A stretch of DNA of 64,000 nucleotides from an uncultured Planctomycetia bacterium (GTDB lineage: Bacteria > Omnitrophota > Gorgyraeia > Duberdicusellales > Duberdicusellaceae), in contig CAZWJT010000003.1 of NCBI GenBank assembly GCA_964634935.1, forward strand, positions 52,323 to 116,322, given 5' to 3'. Of the stretch, positions 8,724 through 16,699 are shown piece after piece. The notes beneath the pieces are model-generated. The model ran no database searches. It saw nothing but the letters and a program-made list of their open reading frames with translations, and was not told the origin of the DNA. A program made the position numbers and the translations under genes. Each line of letters starts with the position of its first letter. Positions within the stretch are counted from its first letter, which is position 1.

Positions 8724-9615
8724 AAGCCCGCTTTTATTTCCGGTTTCAATGAGTCAGGGGATCATCAAGGTGCTTGATGAAACCAAGCTGCCTTTTATCG
8801 AAGAGTACACATGTGTTAAAACCCTTTCTGAGGCTCTGACAGTGCTTGGTTCGATGAAAACTCGTTCCTTGGGACAAGTTCTTCTTTTTTTCTATGCGTG
8901 CGTTGTGCTTGCTGACGCTGATGCGCGGAAGATCGCGCAAGAATTTCATGCAACGCGTCCGACTTTTGACTTTATGACTCTTGCGGAAATTCTTGAGCAA
9001 ATTGAACAAAAGACAAAAAGCCGCCAGAAAGCAGTAGAGTTATTCCTGCACAAGTTCGATCAAGCACGCAAGACGCGGGCGGAGCGGCTTGCCTTTAAAT
9101 TACCAAATCCAGCGAAAGTTTTGACAATTTGCAATATTAACGGAGAGCTGCTCTACCTCGAGCAGGCATTGCGTGCCCAAGGAAAAGAATCCATTTTTTA
9201 TGTTGCAGAAACCAGACCATACTTGCAGGGTAGTCGGCTTTCTTTCTGGGAACTTACGAAAGCTTGCGTTCCTTGTCGTCTTCTCTGCGATAACCAAATT
9301 GCCTGGTGTATGAAGGAGAAAATGGTAAATTGTGTTGTGAGTGGTGCGGACCGAGCCTCCCGGCAAGGCGGAATTGTGAATAAAACCGGGACCTATGCTC
9401 TTGCCGTACTCAGTAAGCATTTTGGCATTCCCTTTTACGCATTCACTCAGTATCCCAAGGATATTGATATCAGTAAGGTGGAAATCGAGGAACGCAACAG
9501 CGAGGAGATTTTTATGTTTTGTGGGGATCTCAAAGTTTCCGATGGGATCTATCCCGCGTTCGATATCATTCCGGGTGAATACGTTACCGAACAGATAATT
9601 CTGGAGGGATTATGA
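8707..9615 (+). CDS. eIF-2B/MtnA-family sugar-phosphate isomerase (methylthioribose-1-P / 5-deoxyribose-1-P isomerase-like)
   Basis: VSGADRASRQGGIVNKTGTYALAVLSKHFGIPFYAF and PAFDIIP C-terminal signature of MtnA/eIF2B family. Confidence 0.75.
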   Translation: MPTQFRSPLLFPVSMSQGIIKVLDETKLPFIEEYTCVKTLSEALTVLGSMKTRSLGQVLLFFYACVVLADADARKIAQEFHATRPTFDFMTLAEILEQIEQKTKSRQKAVELFLHKFDQARKTRAERLAFKLPNPAKVLTICNINGELLYLEQALRAQGKESIFYVAETRPYLQGSRLSFWELTKACVPCRLLCDNQIAWCMKEKMVNCVVSGADRASRQGGIVNKTGTYALAVLSKHFGIPFYAFTQYPKDIDISKVEIEERNSEEIFMFCGDLKVSDGIYPAFDIIPGEYVTEQIILEGL

Positions 9616-10088
9616 AACTAAGAGATCTTCATAATGGAATTATTATTTGGGGCGTGCCCGGGGAAGAGTTATTCCTTTTTTTGGAAACTTGTTCTGGCCT
9701 CTGCATTCTTCCGGAGATGCGCCCTTCCGGTATTGGATTACGGATTAATAGAGAGATATGCAACATCCGGAATATCCCATTCTGCGTTTGTACCGACAAC
9801 ATGCTTGGTAATCTTTTCTTTCAGAAAAAAATAAAGCAGGTAGTCGTGTTTTCTATGAAGGAGGAGAAAGAAAATATTGTTTGTTTTCCGGGTACATTTA
9901 CCCTTTTGATGCTGGCAAGATTGCATTCCGTTCCAGTGAAATTGCTTCCGGCAGGATTGTTTCAAAAAGATGTCCTTATCGATAAAGATGCGCAGACTAT
10001 TTCCGGCAAGCCTCTGGTAGAACAATTGAAGCAGGAGTTTCTTTTTTCTCAGGAATCTGAGATAATATCCCGAAAGGAGTTTGCATGA
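9612..10088 (+). CDS. degenerate eIF-2B/MtnA-like C-terminal domain protein
   Basis: 158 aa; VVVFSMKEEKENIVCFPGTFTLLMLARLHSVPV aligns by eye to the VVVSGADRA...GTYALAVLSKHFGIPF block of the upstream gene but lacks the Asp; ATGA-coupled. Confidence 0.35.
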   Translation: MKLRDLHNGIIIWGVPGEELFLFLETCSGLCILPEMRPSGIGLRINREICNIRNIPFCVCTDNMLGNLFFQKKIKQVVVFSMKEEKENIVCFPGTFTLLMLARLHSVPVKLLPAGLFQKDVLIDKDAQTISGKPLVEQLKQEFLFSQESEIISRKEFA

Positions 10089-11074
10089 AGTTTTCCGAGC
10101 AAAGGAAAGAGTTTATTTTCTGGGCAAAACTTTTAAATGAAAGAGGTTTTGTCACTGCCCGCAGCGGCAATATTTCGTATCGGGTGGGCTCAAATGAATT
10201 GTTAATAACGTCGCACAATAGTTATTTAGGGAGTTTAGCCAACGAGGATATTCTGCTTACGGATATATCCGGAAATCTTCTGGAGGGTCAAGGTGAACCA
10301 ACTTCAGAAAAAGAATTGCACCTTACCCTCTACAGGGTTTTTCCGGATACCCAGGTTGTGTTGCATGCCCATTCCCCTTTTTCTACGGCGTTTTTCTACT
10401 ACCATAAACTTCTTCCTGTATTTTCATTCGAAGCAGAGTTTTATCTCGGGAAAATTCCGGTTGTCGACCAAATAACTCCCACTGTGACAGAACTTACTCC
10501 GGTGCTACAGGCTTTCGGAAAAAATAATATCATTGTATTACGCCGCCATGGGGTTGTAGCAAAAGGGTCAACGTTTCGGGAGGCATTTTCGCTCATTGAG
10601 CTCTTGGAAGAGCAAGCCCGAGTCGGGTTGATGATTTATGCCAGCCGTTCTGGCGTTTTTCCTGATTCATCTCAACCGGCTCAGCAGAGAGAGAAAAAAA
10701 CCTATGTATTATTATCGCAGGAACATATCCAGAAGCTCACGGAGATCATTAATTCGGACAGCGAAGCGCAAGCGCTGGGGAGAAAGTATAATTTAACCAT
10801 GACGTTTGCGATTAAGAATCAGGATACCGGGCAGAGCGCCGGGTTTACCTATGACCAAGGTAAGATTACCAAGACTAGCAGTGGAGAGGATGCCGAGTTT
10901 ATGATTATTGGTTCGGCTGATATTCTGCGCAAAGTATTTAATAGAGAATTAGATCCATTCGTCGCACTCACGCAGGGTAAGGTTCGGTCAAAAGGCGATT
11001 TTTCTAAGATGAGCAAGTGGTATCCAGTGATGGTGCGGACATTCCAGCTTTGGGAACAAGCGCCAGTCGAATAG
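10085..11074 (+). CDS. class II aldolase/adducin-family protein fused to a C-terminal SCP2 sterol-carrier-like domain
   Basis: N-terminal RSGNISYRV...HAHSPFSTAF (MtnB/FucA-type zinc aldolase fold); C-terminal about 110 aa with GKVRSKGDFSKMSKW typical of SCP2. Confidence 0.7.
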   Translation: MKFSEQRKEFIFWAKLLNERGFVTARSGNISYRVGSNELLITSHNSYLGSLANEDILLTDISGNLLEGQGEPTSEKELHLTLYRVFPDTQVVLHAHSPFSTAFFYYHKLLPVFSFEAEFYLGKIPVVDQITPTVTELTPVLQAFGKNNIIVLRRHGVVAKGSTFREAFSLIELLEEQARVGLMIYASRSGVFPDSSQPAQQREKKTYVLLSQEHIQKLTEIINSDSEAQALGRKYNLTMTFAIKNQDTGQSAGFTYDQGKITKTSSGEDAEFMIIGSADILRKVFNRELDPFVALTQGKVRSKGDFSKMSKWYPVMVRTFQLWEQAPVE

Positions 11075-11092
11075 CGTTCATTCAGGAGGATT

Positions 11093-12529
11093 ATGCGCGA
11101 ATATAAATACTATATGGAAGGAAGATTCTTGGGTTCTTCCGAGAAGAGTCTCGTTTTCGACCCATTCTTAGAAGAACCTTTTGCCGAAATTTCTTACACG
11201 CAGATTTCTCAACTGTCGCAGGCTGTGTTTTGTGCGCGTGAAGCTTATCGGCTGTGGTCAAAAAGGTCTTTTGCCGAACGGGCAAAATTATTGAAGGATA
11301 TTGCTCAGATCATTCTCGAGAATCTCCGTGAGCTTGCAGAACTCGAAACAAAAGAAATCGGAAAACCCTTGAAAGAAAGCCTTTTTGTCGATATTCCCCT
11401 CGCCGCCGAAGTTTTTTCTTATTATGCTTCTTTTTTAGAGCGGCTTGAGGAACGCACTCAGCAAACCGGAAGCACGATCGACATTTTTGAATATAAACCA
11501 TACGGCGTATGCGGGATTTATCTGCCGTATAACGTTCCATTAATGATTTTTGGTTTTACTGCGGCTGCGGCGCTTGCCGCCGGAAATGCAGTCATCATCA
11601 AACCTTCAGAATATGCGTCGTTGTCTCTGCTGCGCCTTACGGAATTACTGGATTTGCTTTCTCTTCCTAAGGGGCTTATTCAAGTGGTGACTGGGAGGGG
11701 CGATGAACTTGGACATGCGTTTGCCGAACAGGATATAGATCTTATTTCTTTTACCGGCTCGCGGGAAACATTGGGAAAGGTTGTCGCGGCGTCAGCAAAA
11801 AATCCTAAAAAGATTATCTGCGAACTCGGCGGGGCTAATTGTACTGTTGTATTTCAAGACGCCGATCTTCTCGAAGCGGAACAGAATATTTTAGGTTCGT
11901 CATTCATGAAACAAGGGCAAATTTGTATTGGGACAAGCATCGCCCTAGTTGAAGAAAATATCTATGATTCATTTGTCCCCCGCCTTGTTGAAAAAACAAA
12001 GAAAATTACCCTGGGCAATCCCTTTGAGCCGGCTGTGGGTTTAGGTCCTCTTGTTTCACAACAGCACCGCAGCAATGTTGAACAAAAGGTTGCGCAACTT
12101 CTCAAAACGCAAGGAAAACTTCTCTGCGGAGGCGTGATCCCGAGACAAAAAGGCTATTTTTATCCAGCTACAATTATTGAATTATCCAGCATGCTCTACG
12201 AAGAGTTTTTCGCTCCAGTTCTACTTGTTTATAAATTCAAAGATTACAACGAAGCGCTCAAAATCGTTTCCCAGAATCCTACAGGGCTTGTTTGTCAAAT
12301 CTGGACAAAAGACCTGGAGAAAGCGCGAACGTTTGCTTCAAGTGCTGAAGCCGGGACTGTCTGGATTAATACCTTTGCCCAAATGTCCGCAAAAACACCT
12401 TTTGGTGGTTTTCGGCAGAGTGGTTTTGGCCGGAATTTGGGGGAGGAAGGATTTTTTGAATATGTGCAAACCAAACATACCGGGATTGGATTTGACAAGA
12501 GTCCAGTTTCTGGCTGGTTCGGGTTATGA
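11093..12529 (+). CDS. NAD(P)-dependent aldehyde dehydrogenase
   Basis: ALDH family: ELGGANCTVV (catalytic Cys region), FTGSRETG, GQICIGTS. Confidence 0.85.
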   Translation: MREYKYYMEGRFLGSSEKSLVFDPFLEEPFAEISYTQISQLSQAVFCAREAYRLWSKRSFAERAKLLKDIAQIILENLRELAELETKEIGKPLKESLFVDIPLAAEVFSYYASFLERLEERTQQTGSTIDIFEYKPYGVCGIYLPYNVPLMIFGFTAAAALAAGNAVIIKPSEYASLSLLRLTELLDLLSLPKGLIQVVTGRGDELGHAFAEQDIDLISFTGSRETLGKVVAASAKNPKKIICELGGANCTVVFQDADLLEAEQNILGSSFMKQGQICIGTSIALVEENIYDSFVPRLVEKTKKITLGNPFEPAVGLGPLVSQQHRSNVEQKVAQLLKTQGKLLCGGVIPRQKGYFYPATIIELSSMLYEEFFAPVLLVYKFKDYNEALKIVSQNPTGLVCQIWTKDLEKARTFASSAEAGTVWINTFAQMSAKTPFGGFRQSGFGRNLGEEGFFEYVQTKHTGIGFDKSPVSGWFGL

Positions 12530-12586
12530 GCGAAAAGAGTTGACAAGATAAGATTATTTCATAAAATCTATACTACTTTCTCATAT

Positions 12587-12662
12587 GGGGACGTCGTTTA
12601 GCCCGGTTCAAGACCCCTGCCTGTCACGCAGGTGATCGTGGGTTCAAATCCCATCGTCCCCG
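12587..12662 (+). tRNA. tRNA-Asp (anticodon GTC)
   Basis: 76-nt cloverleaf: acceptor GGGGACG/CGTCCCC, anticodon stem CCTGC/GCAGG with loop CTGTCAC, T-loop GGTTCAAATCC. Confidence 0.85.
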
Positions 12663-12735
12663 TTTATCCGAGATCGATAGAATCTGATAGACTATGGGTT
12701 CGCCATAAACCGCCTAACAGGACGATAGCTCCTAA

Positions 12736-12873
12736 GACCTCCCGGTGGTGGTTGAGTTCGTTGATACCGAAGAAAACCTTGCCAAACTAATGCCATTTCT
12801 TGATCAAGTCGTTGATGGGGGATTGGGTACGCTTGAAAAAGTCAGGATAGTCAAATATCGACATGCCCAGTAA
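12736..12873 (+). pseudogene. remnant of a DUF190 (PII-like, CrcB-associated) gene: C-terminal about 45 codons only
   Basis: Frame translates DLPVVVEFVDTEENLAKLMPFLDQVVDGGLGTLEKVRIVKYRHAQ*, matching the conserved C-terminus of DUF190 proteins; in-frame stop immediately upstream, no start codon. Confidence 0.5.
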
Positions 12874-13366
12874 CCGCTATTCAAAGAAATCCGTGTGTAC
12901 TTTGTTGGCGAACCACAGATGTATTCTTATTATTTTTTTCCTTTTGTGGAGCGGCTGCCATTCGAGCCACACTTCTTCAGGGAGAGTATGCTTTGGAAAG
13001 AATTGTTTTGTAGTCGAGGTTGCCTCTACGAGTCGTGATCGCGCTCAAGGGCTTATGTTCCGTTCCAGTCTTCCGGAAAATCGTGGCATGCTTTTTGTTT
13101 TTCCCCGCGAAAGCCACCAGGGTTTCTGGATGAAAAATATGAAACTACCACTGGATATTATCTGGCTTGATAGCCAGAAGCGGGTAGTTTCTCTTACTGA
13201 AAATGCTCAACCTTGTTTGGAGAGCGATTGTCCTTCTTTTTATCCGGAGAAGAAAATTCGATATGTTTTGGAAATAAGTTCTGGAATGGCACAAAAGAAA
13301 GGTATTTCCGTGGGGAAAAGCGCTCAGTTCCTGAATATAAAAAATATTGGAAAAAATTCCGAGTAG
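12863..13366 (+). CDS. DUF192-domain protein, probable lipoprotein
   Basis: GLMFRSSLPENRGMLFVFP...MKNMKLPLDIIWLD DUF192 core; N-terminal hydrophobic segment ending LLWSGC (lipobox-like). Confidence 0.6.
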   Translation: MPSNRYSKKSVCTLLANHRCILIIFFLLWSGCHSSHTSSGRVCFGKNCFVVEVASTSRDRAQGLMFRSSLPENRGMLFVFPRESHQGFWMKNMKLPLDIIWLDSQKRVVSLTENAQPCLESDCPSFYPEKKIRYVLEISSGMAQKKGISVGKSAQFLNIKNIGKNSE

Positions 13367-13401
13367 GTATATAATAAAAAACTGATTTTAGAAAGATTGC
13401 G

Positions 13402-13779
13402 ATGAAAAAGGAAAGGGTAAAAACGCTTGAAGAACGTCGGAAATTTCCACGTTTGGATACTTCGGTCGATGTTTCATACTCGTTGCTCGATCGGGTCCCT
13501 AAAAAAGCGACTACTTCAAAAAATATCAGCGCCGGCGGCATTTGTCTTATCGTTTATGAGGATGTTCAGTTAGGCGCTGGAATGTCACTTTTAATTAAAA
13601 TACCAGATGAGCCGGATCAGATTCACGTCAAAGGGAAAGTTGTCTGGAAGAACGAATTTAGCGTAAGCACGGATACGCGAAAGCGATACGAACTGGGGAT
13701 TGAGTTTTCCGAAATGGGAATTTTTGATCAAGAAAGATTGCAGCAGCATATTTTTACGTTTCTTCGGAAAAAACCCTGA
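13402..13779 (+). CDS. stand-alone PilZ-domain (c-di-GMP-binding) protein
   Basis: RRKFPRLD (RxxxR) and NISAGGICL (D/NxSxxG) PilZ motifs. Confidence 0.7.
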   Translation: MKKERVKTLEERRKFPRLDTSVDVSYSLLDRVPKKATTSKNISAGGICLIVYEDVQLGAGMSLLIKIPDEPDQIHVKGKVVWKNEFSVSTDTRKRYELGIEFSEMGIFDQERLQQHIFTFLRKKP

Positions 13780-13811
13780 CGATTCGATTTTCCCATCCTC
13801 TTCAAACGTAC

Positions 13812-14945
13812 ATGGCGGATAAAGTAATAACATTGGCAGGCAAGCCGCGAAAAACCACGCTCTATGATCAACATAGATTGTGTGGCGCGAAGATCGTGGA
13901 TTTTCATGGATGGCTTATGCCGGTTGAATATACCGGCATTCTTGAAGAGGCGAAGGCTGTGCGTTCGACCTGCGGTTTGTTTGATATTTCGCACATGGGG
14001 ACAATAGAAGTACGCGGGGCGGAAGCGTGTCGGTATTTACAGTATATTCTTTCAAACGATATTGCGCAGATCGAAGATGGGCAAGTCCAATATAATCTTT
14101 TTTGTGATGCAGATGGCGGGATTATCGACGACTTGATGGTTACCCGTGTATCCGATAAGTTTTTTTGCGTTGTGAACGCTTCAAACAGTAAAGAAGATTT
14201 TTCCTGGATGCTCAAAAACAAGACGGGATTTGATGTGGAGATTATTGATCAAAGCCAAAAGCGGTCTTTCCTTGCATTACAAGGGCCTTTAGCCGAAGTT
14301 ATTTTGAAGCAGTCTCTCAATATCGACGTTCACGGTTTACCGTATATGCATGCGATGGAATGTTCTTGGCAGGGAGCAAAGATTTTTCTTTCTCGCACCG
14401 GATATACCGGGGAAGATGGGTTCGAGTTTTTTGTGGATCATGCTTCTGCTCAAAAGATTTGGGAAATTCTTTTAAGTTTCCAAAGGCGTTCGGAATTAAA
14501 ATTATGCGGTTTGGGGGCGAGAGATATCCTACGACTCGAAATGGGATATACACTTTATGGGAATGAAATCAGTCTTTCCACGAATCCATTTGAAGCCGGC
14601 CTAGGGTGGGCTGTGGCGATGAAGAAAGGAGCGTTTATCGGCCAGGGTGCGCTCTCTTGTATTTTGAAAAAAGGTTTATCCCGGAAGAGAATCGGATTTT
14701 TTATGGAGGAGCGCGGGATGCCCCGGCAAGGGTATCCTTTTGTATCTGATAGTGGTCTTGCGATCGGGACGGTAACGAGCGGCGGTTTTTCTCCAAATCT
14801 TAATAATTTTATTGGCATGGGATATATTGCAAATGAACACCTGCAAAATAATCAGGAAATTTTTGTCTCAATACGCCAGAAAAATCATCAGATCAAAATA
14901 CGCCAACTGCCTTTCTGGGCTGCTCGTACCAGGCATCACGGGTAG
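13812..14945 (+). CDS. gcvT: glycine cleavage system T protein (aminomethyltransferase)
   Basis: Full-length GcvT fold (HMGTIEVRG, TGYTGEDGFE), first of gcvT-H-PA-PB order. Confidence 0.9.
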   Translation: MADKVITLAGKPRKTTLYDQHRLCGAKIVDFHGWLMPVEYTGILEEAKAVRSTCGLFDISHMGTIEVRGAEACRYLQYILSNDIAQIEDGQVQYNLFCDADGGIIDDLMVTRVSDKFFCVVNASNSKEDFSWMLKNKTGFDVEIIDQSQKRSFLALQGPLAEVILKQSLNIDVHGLPYMHAMECSWQGAKIFLSRTGYTGEDGFEFFVDHASAQKIWEILLSFQRRSELKLCGLGARDILRLEMGYTLYGNEISLSTNPFEAGLGWAVAMKKGAFIGQGALSCILKKGLSRKRIGFFMEERGMPRQGYPFVSDSGLAIGTVTSGGFSPNLNNFIGMGYIANEHLQNNQEIFVSIRQKNHQIKIRQLPFWAARTRHHG

Positions 14946-14982
14946 AGAAGGCTTTTTGAAAGAGAATTGAGAAGGAGGATGT

Positions 14983-15357
14983 ATGGTGGAAGGAAATTTT
15001 AAATTCACCAAGACCCATGAATGGGTTAAGGTGGAAAATGGGGTAGCAATCGCTGGTATTACTGCGCATGCCGTAAAAGAATTGGGCGATATTGTTTTTG
15101 TCGAGACAAAAGAATCCGGAGCAGCACTTTCTGCCTCGAAGCAATTTGGAACCATTGAATCTACCAAGGCCGCAAGCGAGTTGTACGCGCCGGTCAGCGG
15201 AGTGCTTCTTGAAGTAAACCAGGAGGTCATCAGCCATCCGCAACTTATCAATGAAAGTCCTTTCGAGAAGGGGTGGCTTGTGAAGATCAAGATGAGCGAT
15301 GAAAAAGAGATTGAAGAACTTCTGGATTTAAAAGAATACGAAGCTTTGGTGCATTAA
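14983..15357 (+). CDS. gcvH: glycine cleavage system H protein
   Basis: 124 aa, lipoyl-lysine motif ESTKAASELYAP. Confidence 0.9.
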   Translation: MVEGNFKFTKTHEWVKVENGVAIAGITAHAVKELGDIVFVETKESGAALSASKQFGTIESTKAASELYAPVSGVLLEVNQEVISHPQLINESPFEKGWLVKIKMSDEKEIEELLDLKEYEALVH

Positions 15358-16697
15358 TGCCGTATACGCCTCATACCCCAGAACAAGTTCAGGAGATGCT
15401 GCGTGCTATTGGGATAGCGTCAGTCGATGAGCTTTTCTCCGGAATCCCTCAAGGAAAACTCTTAGCCCGGAATCTGCGTCTTCCGAATTTCTTGACCGAA
15501 GATAAAATACTGCGCATCATCGATGCTCTTTGTGCCCAGAACATGACTACAAAAGAACTTAATTCTTTCTTGGGTGCCGGTTGTTACGAGCATTTTATTC
15601 CAAGTTTGGTCGGATATATTACCTCAAAGCCAGAATTTTCGACAGCGTACACACCCTATCAACCGGAAGTAAGCCAAGGGACACTGCAGGCGATTTACGA
15701 GTATCAAAGCTTCATTTGTTTGCTTACCGGTATGGATGTTACCTGTGCGTCTTTGTATGATGGAGCTTCTGCTCTTGCTGAAGCTGTGCTTATGGCTTTG
15801 CGCATTCGCGGGCAGAAGAAAATCTATGTTTCGACGCTTGTCCATCCAGAATACCGGCAGGTGCTCGGTACTTACGGAAAAGGAATACCTCTGAAGCTCA
15901 TCGATATTCCATATCAGACGGATGGGACTTTTGACCATGAATATCTGGCAGGAAAGATTGATAACGATACGGCCGCGGTAATTCTCCAGAGGCCAAATTT
16001 TTTTGGTATTATTGAAGATACTAAAAAAATTGCTGAAATTTGTCATCAGTACGGGGCACTCATGATTGAAGTGGTCAATCCTCTGGCGCTTTCAGTTCTG
16101 GGCTTGCCTCAAGAATACGGCGTTGATATCGTAGTTGGAGATGGGCAACCTTTAGGGCAAGGGCTTCATTTTGGCGGTCCTTCGTTTGGATTCTTGGCGA
16201 CAAAAACCGAATTCGTACGGAAAATTCCCGGTCGCGTAGTCGGTCGCACTATTGATAAGGATGGGAAAGAAGGATTTGTGTTAACCTTGCAGGCGCGAGA
16301 ACAGCATATCCGGCGGCAACACGCAACAAGCAATATTTGTTCTAACCAATCTTTGAACGCGCTGGCTGCCTGCGTTTACTTGGCGTGTCTCGGCGAAGAA
16401 GGATTCCGCAATGTAGGAGAAGCTTGTTTACAGAACGCGCACTATTTGATGAAATCTCTCACGCGGATTCCGGGGATACGACTGCCTTTTTCCGGGCCAT
16501 GTTTCAATGAATTCGTAATTTCTTGTGAACAATCAAATTCAATTTATAAAAAATTACTCAGGCGAGGCGTTTTGTTCGGTTTCCCGCTCAGAAAATTTTA
16601 TCCTGAACTAAAAAACCATTTGCTTCTTTCGGTTACGGAACTGAAAACGCAAGAAGCCATGGATAGCGCAATACATATACTCCAGGAGATTCTGTAA
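15357..16697 (+). CDS. gcvPA: glycine dehydrogenase (decarboxylating) subunit 1
   Basis: GcvPA family, ATGA-coupled to gcvH; TAYTPYQPE motif. Confidence 0.9.
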   Translation: MPYTPHTPEQVQEMLRAIGIASVDELFSGIPQGKLLARNLRLPNFLTEDKILRIIDALCAQNMTTKELNSFLGAGCYEHFIPSLVGYITSKPEFSTAYTPYQPEVSQGTLQAIYEYQSFICLLTGMDVTCASLYDGASALAEAVLMALRIRGQKKIYVSTLVHPEYRQVLGTYGKGIPLKLIDIPYQTDGTFDHEYLAGKIDNDTAAVILQRPNFFGIIEDTKKIAEICHQYGALMIEVVNPLALSVLGLPQEYGVDIVVGDGQPLGQGLHFGGPSFGFLATKTEFVRKIPGRVVGRTIDKDGKEGFVLTLQAREQHIRRQHATSNICSNQSLNALAACVYLACLGEEGFRNVGEACLQNAHYLMKSLTRIPGIRLPFSGPCFNEFVISCEQSNSIYKKLLRRGVLFGFPLRKFYPELKNHLLLSVTELKTQEAMDSAIHILQEIL

Positions 16698-16699
16698 TT

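Noticed and set aside
12540-12586. TTGACA at 12540-12545 and TATACT at 12569-12574 upstream of tRNA-Asp
   Set aside because: Spacing between the hexamers is 23 nt, too long for a standard sigma70 promoter. The TATACT alone is well placed for the tRNA but I did not call a promoter.
13367-13811. Looked for a glycine riboswitch upstream of gcvT
   Set aside because: Intergenic spaces here are about 35 nt. No room for the 100-200 nt aptamer(s). Not called.
14868-15290. Two overlapping minus-strand ORFs (140 and 116 aa)
   Set aside because: Antisense to gcvT/gcvH, which have unmistakable motifs on the + strand.
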